From: a virus
Reading direction: 5' to 3' (one strand)
DNA: 64,000 nt
Virus record (IMG/VR): IMGVR_UViG_3300036715_002050
Coordinates: 64,001 to 128,000 of that record
Shown here: positions 36,413 to 47,600 of the stretch, one piece after another
Numbering within the stretch: the stretch's first letter is position 1
Layout of the letters: every line of letters starts with the position of its first letter
Translations under genes and position numbers: made by a program
Notes under the pieces: model-generated
Seen by the model: only the letters and a program-made list of their open reading frames with translations
Database searches by the model: none
Told to the model about the DNA's origin: nothing

Positions 36413-36482
36413 GGACCCGAGGGACGGTTTCTCAGCCGGATCTTATAAGTTTGGTCAGACGGTTCAACTCCGTCCGGGTCTA
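36413..36482 (+). tRNA. tRNA-Ile(TAT), compact atypical
   Basis: GGACCCG/CGGGTCT; GCCGGAT-CTTATAA-GTTTGGT; GACGG-TTCAACT-CCGTC. Confidence 0.7.
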
Positions 36483-36519
36483 CTTCCTTAACCGCCGGTT
36501 CCCGGCAAAGGCGTAACAA

Positions 36520-36936
36520 ATGGGTCAGTCCACAGATGCGATTTTTGGTTATGGTATTTGCTTTGACGCAGAAGAATCTTTCGACTACGATATTGCTGAA
36601 CGCGTAGAAAAAGAATTGGAAGAGTTTGGTGTAGGGTATTGTTCGCACTGTTCTGGCGATTATCCTATGGGTTATTTGTATATTACTTCCACGATCAACA
36701 AAGCTTATCGTGGAAGTCCGGAAACCATCGACGTTATCGAATGCGCCCGTCGCCAAGAAGATTTCCAAGCCCAATGGGACAAGGATCTGTTCAAGGCTTG
36801 GGGCGTTGTACGTGCAGCTTTCCGTGACATGGACGAAGCGCAAGCGGAAGAAGATGACTGTGGCGATGAAGTCGAAGATCCTGACTTCGGCAGCAACACG
36901 GATCCACGTTGGTTCATTTGTTCGGATTGGAACTGA
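36520..36936 (+). CDS. Acidic hypothetical protein
   Basis: 138 aa ORF, MGQSTDAIFGYG. Confidence 0.65.
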   Translation: MGQSTDAIFGYGICFDAEESFDYDIAERVEKELEEFGVGYCSHCSGDYPMGYLYITSTINKAYRGSPETIDVIECARRQEDFQAQWDKDLFKAWGVVRAAFRDMDEAQAEEDDCGDEVEDPDFGSNTDPRWFICSDWN

Positions 36937-37520
36937 TCCCCCAAACCCAAGAAGTTAAACAACTAACACCGGGTCAACCAGTGGATATCAAACCTTTGAA
37001 GCAGCAGCATAAGAGGACGTGCGGACAGACTTGTGTGGCGATGATCGCGGGCGTCACCGAAGAAACCGTGTGCCGAATCTTAGCGCACGAAGCGCAGCGC
37101 GAACCTTATCGCGGAACAACGACCCACCACGTAATGGTGGCGCTGGGTTGGTTTGAAGAGTCCTATAAGCTGCGACCCAACGAAAGGTCCTTGGACCTTT
37201 ACCACCGAATCTACAAGCAGCGGACCGATTTGGTGCCCGAGATTTGTCTGTTGCAGGGGTCGTGGTCTGGTCGTGTACGGCGTACCTGTGAATCGTCCAC
37301 GTTGATGTCCGGGGTGTTTAACGCGGGGCGTCATTGGATGTTGCGCGTCGGTGAATCCGTGTACGACCCGGCTACCGGTACCGTACGTCCATGGACCGGC
37401 GACGTAATCCAAACCTTCGTCACGTCTCCCGAACAAAAGATCGGTACCATTACCATCACCCCGGGATTGTCCTATTTCAAGTACCACAACTTTTTGGACT
37501 TTACTCGGTCCATGGAATGA
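36909..37520 (+). CDS. Peptidase C39-like protein (start uncertain)
   Basis: QQ...TCGQTCVAM and downstream HW...YDP. Confidence 0.6.
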   Translation: MVHLFGLELIPQTQEVKQLTPGQPVDIKPLKQQHKRTCGQTCVAMIAGVTEETVCRILAHEAQREPYRGTTTHHVMVALGWFEESYKLRPNERSLDLYHRIYKQRTDLVPEICLLQGSWSGRVRRTCESSTLMSGVFNAGRHWMLRVGESVYDPATGTVRPWTGDVIQTFVTSPEQKIGTITITPGLSYFKYHNFLDFTRSME

Positions 37521-39437
37521 CACATGCCTATCGTAGAACCTTTTGACAACAAGCAATACTACGCTGCGGTATACGAAAAGAACCGCCGCTACGACCGCTT
37601 TGTCCACATGTTCATTGCTGAAGCCGCCAAAAACCACACCATCACTTTCGAATCCGTAATGGAGTTTTTTGTGTGTTACTTTGCCGGTTATAAACCATAC
37701 GTGCGAAATCCCCTGTCCGCAGAATACATGATTCAATGTGCAATGGAATGGCCCGAAACCATCGCTAAATTCACGGACCATCCGGGTGCGAAGATTTCTC
37801 GCACCCGGATTGCCCAAGAAGCAGAAGTCGCTCAAGCATTTGCTAAGTTACCTACCGAAACTATTTGCTATATGCAATTCACAAAGGAATAACCCATGGA
37901 AAAGATTTTGCGGGTAGTAGACTCCGGCAGCACGATGTTAAACAAACCGTGGCGCCGGGTGTTGATGGCGGAACTGCACCGTGGTTACGCTCTTGTGGGC
38001 GTGAACGGGCAGTACCAAGGCGACGACGGTAAGTGGTACACCAACCACGGAGACAGCTTCGGTGTGCAAATCGCTCCGTGGCTGGTGGGCGTGCAGCATA
38101 TGTGGTATGACGGTCCACATTGCCAACTATCCTTGGGGTTCATCCGGATTGTTTGGTCCGGCAATTACCGCACGGGCGAATGTACCAAGTGCTTGAAGGA
38201 GATTCAAGGTGACCAATAAAACTTTACCGTGCGCTACTTGTCCGCACACCCCACAAGGGAGCGATCATTGCTGTGCCTATGGTTCTTCCTTATCATTTGC
38301 TGAAGCTACAGCTATTCGGGCAAAGTTTGGTAACCAAGCTGTGCGATGGGACGACGAAGAGTGCGGCTACCGTACTGCTACCAACAACCGTGGCTGTGTT
38401 TTGTTGTCTGACTTCGGTTTATGCACCATTCACTCCGAAAGCTTTTATCCAGAAGTATGCGGAAGATTTCCTGTAGATGCTGGTGATATCACCATTTGTC
38501 CGGAGATGCGTTAATGGCTGCCCCACCTATGAAACCAAGATGTTTTTATTGAATCTATCAGAACAAGGCAAGGAAGAATACGACAAGCAAAGAGCTATCA
38601 TGGTGGAATATGGGGCTCAAGGATATTCGTTAGTAACCACTGTTCACATCAAAGAGTGGTTCGTTTTACATACCTTGCAACGCGTTAAATGCAACGGAGA
38701 AAGGATCTAACCAATGGCTGACCGACAAAGTGCTGCGCTGTTTGGACAAATCTTCGAGCATTGTGCCGAATTTCCTAGCGATCCCAACAAAGAGTTTGCT
38801 CGCAAGATGTGGGAACAAATTGGCGACTTCGATTTTGATTATTACCAACTTGGATGTGATGAAGCGTTGATCAAGTTAGGGCTGGCTCGTGCAAGTCCGT
38901 GTAGGTGCGAACCAACCACCCAATATTTTGTTGGCGAGGAGTGGCAATGACCGATCAAGAATTCGATGCCATAGTCTTGCAGCCCGACCGCCAGTTCGGT
39001 GTCTCCCCCAACGGTTGGTGGTACTTTGTGGACGAAACCGAACAATACCAAGGCCCCTATGCATCTAAAGAGTTGGCGGAATTGGGACGGGAAGAATACA
39101 GCGAAATGTTAAACGGACCTACCCGATGACTATCGATAAACAGATCGACAAGATGTTCCAAGAGTTTGAAGACCTATTCCAAGAAGGGTGGTTCGAAGAG
39201 GCTGATGCCGCCATGGTCGAATATGATTACGGAGACGATATTCGGTTAATGGTAGCTTTATTGACCATCACATTAATGGCCAAAGACAAACTACCATCGC
39301 GTGATGCGGTTGTAGAAAAAATCCGCCAGCGTATCATGGTGCTTGCTCCGGACCGCTGTGCTCGTCTACTCCAGGGCTTGCACTAACACCCGACTCGTGC
39401 TACGGTGCTGTTCGTCCCAATACAAAGGATTTTAAAA

Positions 39438-39794
39438 ATGACTACGAAGAAAGGTTTGCCGCCCATGCCGTCTGTCACCGAATTCACCACAGAACAGTTG
39501 GAAGCAGAGTTGGCTGTCCGCAAGAAAGCGGAAGCTGCCGAAAAAGCGCGCATCAAGCGCAAGCAAGAAGAGGCCGCACGTAAAGAGATTGCTCGCGTGC
39601 GGGACGCGGGACTAACAGAGTTGGAAGAATTGATGAAGACTGTCCGCACTTCAATCACCCGAGCGGTGAATCTGTCCGCTGAACACGGCTTTGTGTTTAC
39701 GGTAGGAATCGATGACCAAGAGCACACGTGCGACGGCGGTTGTTGGAACAAGCCGGACAACGATGGATGGGACTCTTCCAACCAAAATTGCTGA
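39438..39794 (+). CDS. Coiled-coil protein with W.SS..C tail
   Basis: Own promoter TTGCAC-N17-TACGGT; paralogous to the next gene. Confidence 0.6.
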   Translation: MTTKKGLPPMPSVTEFTTEQLEAELAVRKKAEAAEKARIKRKQEEAARKEIARVRDAGLTELEELMKTVRTSITRAVNLSAEHGFVFTVGIDDQEHTCDGGCWNKPDNDGWDSSNQNC

Positions 39795-39809
39795 ACCAAG
39801 GGGCACATA

Positions 39810-40287
39810 ATGACTAAGAAGCTAGAAGAGAAGTTAGGCTGGGGATGGAAAAGTATAAACGCCTACAGCAAAAGATCCGCGACGACCAACTCAAGGCGGC
39901 AGAAGAACGTGAACGTACACGAGCCGCCCGCGAAGCCAAGCAAAAGATTGGCTACGAAAAGCTAGCCAACTTGAAGCAGAACTAGAGCGTCGCGACACGG
40001 AAGCCTTGAAAGAGGCACAGCGCAAGGCTATCGTGGAGGCCAACGAGGCACAGCGCGCCAAGATAGAGAAAGAAAAACGCCAGCGCGCCGTCGAAAAGAC
40101 GATTGCCGAAAAGATTGCGGAGGCACTTAAGTTGATTAAAGAGTGCGAAAAGCTTGCCGACGAAACCGGTGTCGAGTTCGGATGGGACTTGGCGTACGGT
40201 ATGGGTGGTTACTACCTACCGGAATCCCACCCGGACGCAAAAGAGACGGGCAAGTCGGGATGGATGTCTTCGTCTCGAAATTGCTGA
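39810..40287 (+). CDS. Coiled-coil protein with WMSSSRNC tail, apparently frameshifted
   Basis: ATG at 39810 with RBS; coding-like helical sequence switches frames before 40006. Confidence 0.45.
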
Positions 40288-40360
40288 TCGGTCCCATAGA
40301 GCTTGACAGCGGCCCCGGTTCTTGATAGAACCGGGGCTCACTTGCGACAGGAGTCCAAAA

Positions 40361-41347
40361 ATGCTTTTGATTGGTTCGATGGCGTTGGTAGAGCGGTTGC
40401 CGGGGGTGCCGCTGGGTAGGAAGTGCGGTGATTGCGACGTCATTTGTACACATGACGAATACTTGGCGTATGTGCGTGCTCATCGGGAACAGTTCAAGCG
40501 TTTGGTGCCTATAGACAAGGGTAAGAAAATCGTGGGTACTACGATCCACGGTTGGCACATCGAATTCGAAATTGCTTGGGAAGATACCACAGGCAAGGCA
40601 TTGATGGATTTGGTTGATGCGGATTCGCGCACCCAACGCCATCATATCGACTTGGGTGTCGGAGCAGAGATCGTGTCAGTGCCGTGTGTGGAAGTTTTGT
40701 ATGCCATCAAAATGTCCCACCGGTTCTTGAAGGACTCCCCGCACTTCTACAAGACCATGTCGGATATTCACGATATGCGCCGCTTGCACAAGCACGACAA
40801 CGGGGCTATCGATCCGATGTACGCCGAATGGTACAAGGCACGTGTCAAAGAAACTTATTGGTATGCGCATCCCAAGCTCAACCAATCCAAAGAAGATTTC
40901 TTCAAGGACGATGGGATTAAGTATGTGTACGATCACGATACCATCCACTTGTCGGTTGCACAAACGGTGTGGGACGGTGTCCCCATCCCCGCTTATACCT
41001 TCTTCAAAGAGCCCGGATCCGAAGTGCTGTGCTCCAAAAAGTTGTTCATGGAACAGTCTTATTCTATCCAACTGTCGTCGGTAGTAGAAGAGGCGACAGT
41101 GTTGGCGCTAGAGCGTTCGCAGATCCCGCACCCGAACGTGTGGACGCCCGACAAGTCCTTCCGTTACGCCTTGATGAAGGTTTGTACGTCCATCACTTCC
41201 GGGTGGTGGCGGGACTTCGCTTGGGAAAACCATGACCAAGCATTGGCGCAGTACGACAAAAACTACTTGAACAAGTTCCATGCAGATGTTGCGTCCGGCC
41301 TAGTTAAGCCGTTCCAACCAAAGGAAGCCCAAAATGCCGCTATGTAA
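40361..41347 (+). CDS. Phage nucleotidyltransferase-like protein (DUF7275-like)
   Basis: LLIGS.AL...DCDV N-terminus; KMSH, YDHD.IH, EEA.VLALER, TSITSGW. Confidence 0.65.
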   Translation: MLLIGSMALVERLPGVPLGRKCGDCDVICTHDEYLAYVRAHREQFKRLVPIDKGKKIVGTTIHGWHIEFEIAWEDTTGKALMDLVDADSRTQRHHIDLGVGAEIVSVPCVEVLYAIKMSHRFLKDSPHFYKTMSDIHDMRRLHKHDNGAIDPMYAEWYKARVKETYWYAHPKLNQSKEDFFKDDGIKYVYDHDTIHLSVAQTVWDGVPIPAYTFFKEPGSEVLCSKKLFMEQSYSIQLSSVVEEATVLALERSQIPHPNVWTPDKSFRYALMKVCTSITSGWWRDFAWENHDQALAQYDKNYLNKFHADVASGLVKPFQPKEAQNAAM

Positions 41348-41651
41348 TTGGTGTGGTGATCCGAACAATTTGAACACGTCGAATAATTGCCCGCGTTGTG
41401 TACGGTGGATCGTGGGTGACCAAGAGTCGTTGCATATGTTGCGTATCATCCGCCACATGATATCGCGGGAGATCGGAGCAACTACGGAAGAAGAAATCCA
41501 CCGGCTGCTGGACGACGCGATGTTCGCTACAGCCGCCGCCGATAAGTTGTCCCACAAGTAACGTGCCGAAAAATGCGGGGCGGGCCTTGACTAGAGGCCC
41601 GCCCCGTGTCATTGTGTCTGTGGATGGTTGGTCTTCTCCAAGGAGTCGCAC

Positions 41652-42275
41652 ATGGCCACGGTCTTGTCGAAAGAGTTTACCGCTGCACGGGAATACATGA
41701 AAGGCGCGCGGTGTTTTACCGCCATTCGTGCAATGGAGTTCGCTTCAACAATCCACACGGGTACCCGCAAAGACGGCACACCCGAATTCGGCCACCAGAT
41801 GGGGATCGCACATTACTTGCGCACGTTGGGAATGGTCAACGCCATGACCGACTACGCCTTCGCTGCCGCATTCTTCCACGACTTGGTCGAGGACTATCCC
41901 CAAGTGCAGCGCAGCCGTTTGGTCGCTGCCACCAACGATGCCGTCGTTACCATGGCCGAATGTCTGTCCAAAAACGGGCTGACCGAGTCCGAGTACATGG
42001 GGCGACTGATCGACTTTCATATGGGCGTGGGGGGGGGGTTGGATCACTTGCCCGCGCTTATCAAAGGTGCTGACCGAATCCATAACTTGTCTACGGCTAA
42101 CGGCGGGTTCAGCGCAGCCAAGATCGTGGAATACGTGGCGGAAAGCCGTGCGACCATCTTGCCTATGCTCAAGACCGTACAGCGCCGGTTCCCCGAATAC
42201 GACAACGCATTTGAAAACGAGCGGTTGACCATCAAGATGTTGTGCCGAGCATTGGCCGGTCCGGAGAAAGAATGA
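41652..42275 (+). CDS. HD hydrolase, RelA/SpoT hydrolase (Mesh1)-like
   Basis: H.G.RKDG.PEFGH, FFHDLVED, IKGADRIHNL. Confidence 0.85.
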   Translation: MATVLSKEFTAAREYMKGARCFTAIRAMEFASTIHTGTRKDGTPEFGHQMGIAHYLRTLGMVNAMTDYAFAAAFFHDLVEDYPQVQRSRLVAATNDAVVTMAECLSKNGLTESEYMGRLIDFHMGVGGGLDHLPALIKGADRIHNLSTANGGFSAAKIVEYVAESRATILPMLKTVQRRFPEYDNAFENERLTIKMLCRALAGPEKE

Positions 42276-42860
42276 TCTTGGATGCCGATAACGTTGTCAC
42301 GTTGAACAAGCAATCGTCGGGCGTCCACCTGATTTATCAAACGCATTACACGCGCCAAGTAAATTTCCCGGGTGGCGGGTCGATGTTATATCCGACCGCA
42401 GGAATGGTGGTGTTGGCTACCAAAAAGCCGGTGGTGCATTATGCTACTGGTCCGGGCACAGCTTGCAACACGTTTCGGACCGGTAATGTGCGAAACGTCA
42501 CCCGCATTCCAACATATGTTACGTGTCAAATATGTCAACGGTCTTCTTGTTGGCGCTTCGACAGGGGATTGGCTCATGTACTAAGTGTTTGGACACTGAG
42601 AATGCAACTATCTCAATATATGCGTCGTGAAGCCCGAAAGTGAGCAGGTTTATTCCCCACGTAAATTGCCCGGGTGACTCCATGAACCAGCCTACGATAC
42701 CGGAAATGATGACCAAGATCCGGGAATTAGAAAGAGACTTGTACAAGTGTCGGACAGAAGAAGCCCGGCGAACGACGCAATGGTGCTTGAACTTAGCCGT
42801 CAACACCTTGATCAAGCTTTACTATCGGGAAATCCCGGAACCTACAACCAAGGACTAACA

Positions 42861-43847
42861 ATGCCTACGTATGGCAAAGAAAAAGTGCGGGACATGGTGC
42901 GGTCGTTGTTGCCGTCCAAGCACCGCCGTCGAGCCCGTGTCCGTCGTGCAACTACCCACCGCGCTACGCGTCGGGCTATGCGTCAACAGGTCCACACGTT
43001 GTTGGTTGAAGAGGGGTGGGAGGACGAGGGTGGGTTTGAACCGGCTTATGCCGAAGACGACTTCGACATGTTGGTACGGGAAGACGAACTGGAAATCCAC
43101 TACATGGTCTTCGACCGTCGTCAAGGTGACAAGACGGCGCCGTTTGAACGGTGGGCACCGAAGGCCACTCGTGGCCAGCCTGACCGACGCATGGCCCAAC
43201 TACGGGGAATGGTTCCTGACAACATCATCGGCCAACACGCACTGACCCACGTGGACCATAAGCCGGAGTTTGCGACTAACTATCTCCGCAACTATTGGGA
43301 CGGCTTCGGTAGTTACGAAGAATATCTGGCACACCATCACGCGGAACGCAAGAAGAAGTTCGATAAGCTGGTGGCGCAGATGCGGTCCACCTTGTACGAG
43401 GTGATTGCCGCAGGACTCCACGGGCACTTCAACGAACACGTCCGACAAGTCCGTCCTTGCTACGGCATCCATGATATCGACGCTTACTTTGCCGCTTGCT
43501 TCAAGACCGGTTCCTTCAACCTCGTTTGTGATTACTTGGACGCTTGGATCAAAGGCGGCTACGAAGGTATCAAGGAATATGTTGGCCAGCCCCGTGACTT
43601 GCTCTGGCAACGCCCGCCTTCATGGCAAACAACTTACGGCTGGGCGGCATCCGGTTGGCACGAACCCGCCAGCTATGATTACCGCAGCGGGCGTAAACCG
43701 CGCCCGCAGTTGACCGAAGAAGAGTTCACCAAGATTTTGGCAGACAACAAACGCAAGCGCCGCGCCGAAGAAGCGGCAAAGGGGGCTCGATGTTCTTTTG
43801 ACCAGAAGACTTTGCTCGCCACGAAAAACACTACCGACGAGCGCTGA
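42861..43847 (+). CDS. Hypothetical protein
   Basis: AAGGA RBS and ATG at 42861; 328 aa. Confidence 0.7.
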   Translation: MPTYGKEKVRDMVRSLLPSKHRRRARVRRATTHRATRRAMRQQVHTLLVEEGWEDEGGFEPAYAEDDFDMLVREDELEIHYMVFDRRQGDKTAPFERWAPKATRGQPDRRMAQLRGMVPDNIIGQHALTHVDHKPEFATNYLRNYWDGFGSYEEYLAHHHAERKKKFDKLVAQMRSTLYEVIAAGLHGHFNEHVRQVRPCYGIHDIDAYFAACFKTGSFNLVCDYLDAWIKGGYEGIKEYVGQPRDLLWQRPPSWQTTYGWAASGWHEPASYDYRSGRKPRPQLTEEEFTKILADNKRKRRAEEAAKGARCSFDQKTLLATKNTTDER

Positions 43848-45041
43848 TGGGATTGTTGCGCGGCGAAAAAATCCCCACCCGCACCGAGTACATAGGGCTG
43901 TGTTGGAAAAACCAAGTTTTGTGTGGTGATTGCCCAGGTTACATGTTTTGTCAACTTGCTGATAATCCACCACGCATAAGCGAAACCCATTTTCGTTACT
44001 TCGGTACCGGGGAACTAGAACTGCGGGGCGTTGGTTGGGATGAAGAAAACTTTTTCCATGAACTCTTTTGGGCACGCACTTACTGGTGCCCTAGCTGTTT
44101 AGCTATCTTAAAAAGGATTAACAAATGACCGGCATCAAGTTTAACGAGTTCGAACGCGGCGCGATTTTGCACACCCAACACGGCACCCACGCAATCGGGG
44201 TGCTGTTGGCCTTGATTTGGGTACACTTTCTGGGCATTGCTCCGGTCGCCATCTTTTATGGCTTGAACTTAGTGGGACATTTGGTGCAGCACATTTGGCT
44301 GTCACAACAAGATGTTGACGGCGACGGCGATGCTGCGGTAGTGTCCTTGTACCATGGCGATGACCAAGATGACTGAGCGTAAGAAGTGGTACAGCCCCCG
44401 GCGCTTCCCGACGTGCGGTCGGGACGATTGTGATGTGGAGTGCTGCTGTGGGGCCGCATTTGCCTGTGGTGACGCTGGACGAGCCCGCCCCAAGCGTTGG
44501 ACCGGGGCGACGCTGGCAACGCTACTAGCTCCCGTACGGACAACCACCAACGCCCGGCTGGAGGCCGAACGCGCCCGCGCCGCCGCGCTTGACTCCGCCG
44601 CCGACTTCCGCTAAGGTCTTTTTCGTTGACGCACACAAACCCGGAGTACCACATGACCGAACCCACGACCACCTACGTTTTCCAGTGCTCTTGCTCACAG
44701 TGCGGTGACGAAGAAACTCCTTACCCAACCTTCCCTATCCAATCCGTATCCGTCCTTCAAGCTCGGGAAGTAGCGCTGTTGATCTGCAGCAAGCCCGTCA
44801 TGTTTGTTCCCCACAACCCGTCGTAACGTATCCAACAAAGGATTTAACCATGTCTACCGACAACGCCGCCACAGCAGCATGATCGCCAAAGGAGACAAGA
44901 ACAGCGTGAGCAAGGAGGTAACGAGGGCGACTGTGGCGGCGTTGTCGGTCCCGGCTTGTTCGCTTTGAAGACCATCACCTATTGGGATGCCTTCTTGCTG
45001 CGCTGGCTATGCGCAGAATTGTTCCGGTCCAAGAGTTCTTA

Positions 45042-45668
45042 ATGAAAGAATACCCTAGTATCCCCCGTGGCTTCGTCGGTTTTCCAGGCGAGGCCTATGT
45101 TTTCGATAAGTTAGATGGCTCCAACTTGCGCTTCGAATGGTCGCGCAAACAAAAGTGGCACAAGTATGGGACCCGGCACGCAATGTTAGGCGTGGACGAT
45201 CCGATCTTGGGAGGAGCTATCCCTCTGTTCCACGCGACGCTGGCTGAACCACTAGAAAAGCTAGCACGCGACCAGCGTTGGGATTCTTTGACGGTCTTTT
45301 GTGAATACTATGGTCCCAATTCCTTTGCTGGGTGGCACGATCCCGCAGACGCCGGGTGCATGAAGTTGGCCTTGTTTGATTTGTCTCCTTTGCGGATAGG
45401 GATTGTGGGTCCAAAAGATTTCTTGGACTACACTGAAGAACTGTCTGTCCACACGCCCGCATTTTTGGGGCGCTACAATTGGACCCGGGGGTTTGTAGAT
45501 AAGGTTTGGGCCAACGAAATTCCGGGTATAACGTTTGAAGGTGTCATCGGCAAACACAAATCCGGGAAGCACGACGGAGTTATGGCGAAAGCTAAAACCA
45601 AAATGTGGATTGACAAGATCCATGCTACAAAAACCACTGAAGAAGCAGAAAAACTGATTAATTCATAA
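45042..45668 (+). CDS. RNA ligase (Rnl2-like nucleotidyltransferase)
   Basis: Motif I KLDGSN, FCEYYG, LFD, FEGVI, MAKAK. Confidence 0.75.
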   Translation: MKEYPSIPRGFVGFPGEAYVFDKLDGSNLRFEWSRKQKWHKYGTRHAMLGVDDPILGGAIPLFHATLAEPLEKLARDQRWDSLTVFCEYYGPNSFAGWHDPADAGCMKLALFDLSPLRIGIVGPKDFLDYTEELSVHTPAFLGRYNWTRGFVDKVWANEIPGITFEGVIGKHKSGKHDGVMAKAKTKMWIDKIHATKTTEEAEKLINS

Positions 45669-45684
45669 CTTAACGGAGTAACAA

Positions 45685-46101
45685 ATGGGCTGCGACATTC
45701 ATATGTGGGTAGAAGTTCTTCAACCAGACGGCAAGTGGGACACCGTAAGTCGTCCCAGTACCGAAAAGAACTTGTTGGGGATGGCGTGGGGTTGGGCGGA
45801 CTATCGTTCCTACGATACTTTTGCCTTCTTAGCGGACGTGCGTAATGGTTACGGTACCAACGACCGTTGCGTACCGCTGGCCCGAGCGCGGGGATGGCCG
45901 GATGATGTGTCCGCCGAACCACTGCAAAAATCGGACGACTATGGTGACGATGGTCACAGTCATTCTTGGTTTACCCTCCGAGAGCTTTTGGAATCCGGAC
46001 GGCTACAAAACTTTGTGTCGTTGCAAGATGACGTACTGCTAGCTGCTGGGCTGCACCCTAATCCGGGATGTGTGCGGATGGTTTTCTTCTTCGACAACTA
46101 A
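45685..46101 (+). CDS. Conserved phage hypothetical protein
   Basis: MGCDIH...RSY..FA.LA.VRN...RG.P.D...HSHSW. Confidence 0.75.
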   Translation: MGCDIHMWVEVLQPDGKWDTVSRPSTEKNLLGMAWGWADYRSYDTFAFLADVRNGYGTNDRCVPLARARGWPDDVSAEPLQKSDDYGDDGHSHSWFTLRELLESGRLQNFVSLQDDVLLAAGLHPNPGCVRMVFFFDN

Positions 46102-46303
46102 AAACATGATAATGGAAACGTTGACGTGTTGGTTCGTCGGACACAAGTGGATGCAAATGGTCTGGGGCAAGCCCAATGGTTCTTGGGCTGCCTTTCAATG
46201 TGCCCGGTGTGACCGGATCGAGTTGCGTCGGGTGTAACGTTGACACCAGGTCGGAGGTGTGGCACAGTGCTGTGGATGGTTGGTCTTGCCCAAGGAGCAC
46301 CCC

Positions 46304-46800
46304 GTGCGAATTCTTTTTCTCGATGATGACGATATTCGGGCCGCTGCAGCCCGGCAGTGGGCAGCCCGCTGCGGCCACGAACTCCAGTGGGTGGCCGCGG
46401 TCGCGGACTTTGCCGAAGCGTTTGACCTGGCCAAGTTCGATCTGATCTGTTTGGACCATGACCTGAATGACTTCCCCGAGTTTCATTCGTCCACCGAACC
46501 CGGCATGTACGGCAACGTGGAACTCAATGGCACCCATGCCGCACGTCACATGATGGAAGTGCTGTTGGATACCATCGACGCCACGACAGCGCCCGACGCA
46601 AAGCAAGTCCCCGTCACCCCGCCGTCATTATCCATTCCATGAACCGGGGCGGCGCTTTGAACATCTTTTCGATCTTGACCAACCGCACCCAACCTTTTTC
46701 CGATACCGTCGTCCTCTTTTCGTTCGACAAACTCCAAGGCATCGGTGACGCTCCAACTTGTGGCGACCCGTTTTTTACCGTAGTTAACGACAACCTTTAA
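46304..46800 (+). CDS. Cyclic-phosphate-processing receiver-like domain, apparent frameshift near 46615
   Basis: ILFLDDD...ICLDHDL...NG; conserved IIHSMN..G continues in another frame. Confidence 0.65.
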
Positions 46801-47129
46801 CCCCCAAGGTGCCTTATGAAAAGCACGACGCCAATTACCTTCCAAGTTTTCTACACTATTATAGGTATCGGAATCTACTATGAAATCGTCCACCCTTGTA
46901 TCCGATACGAATTTGTACAAACTGAAGTCGACATTTGCCAATCACATTTTAGCGACGGCATGTGCGCTTCTAGAATCACGACCATCATGCCGGTCAAGAC
47001 CTGCATGGAACGCCGCTGACCCAGTTGACTCTTACAGCCACCCGTGCTACACTGTTTTTCGTTGATGCAGTTAATGCAGTCCAACCGGGCTAACGCCCAA
47101 CACCGTGCGCAAGCACACCGGAACAACAA

Positions 47130-47600
47130 ATGTCTACCATCAAGAAGTTCGCTAAGTCCACCAAGTTTGCCACCAAGTCCACCAAGAAGTTTGACGAGGA
47201 CCAGTCGTTTGCTGCTGTTGCAGACATCAACCATAACCGCTTTGCCGTACGCGTAGTGGGCAAGTCCGAGTTACACGGCTCCACGCTGGTGGGCAAGTTT
47301 GCTACCGAGTCCGCCGCCGAGCGCTTTTCAGAGATCAAGGCGCTGGAGCTATCCCGCAAGTCACGTTTGTCACACGACGAGCGCTTCTTGCTGGCGGACG
47401 TGCATGTCGTGGTTGTCGACACCACCCGCAACGTGGATAAGGGCGGGGAAGTTTTGTCGTTCACCACCCCATACGCCGAAGCCGACAAGGAGTGCCGCAC
47501 GGCAGAACTGCCCACGCACATGAACCACCCCATGCCTTACCCCAACGTCGATGAGTCCCGCAGCATTCCCGTGGACTTCTTGGACGCCGAGGAAGAGTAA
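47130..47600 (+). CDS. Hypothetical protein with K-S-T-K-F repeats
   Basis: Behind promoter TTGACT-N17-TACACT (~47025). Confidence 0.65.
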   Translation: MSTIKKFAKSTKFATKSTKKFDEDQSFAAVADINHNRFAVRVVGKSELHGSTLVGKFATESAAERFSEIKALELSRKSRLSHDERFLLADVHVVVVDTTRNVDKGGEVLSFTTPYAEADKECRTAELPTHMNHPMPYPNVDESRSIPVDFLDAEEE

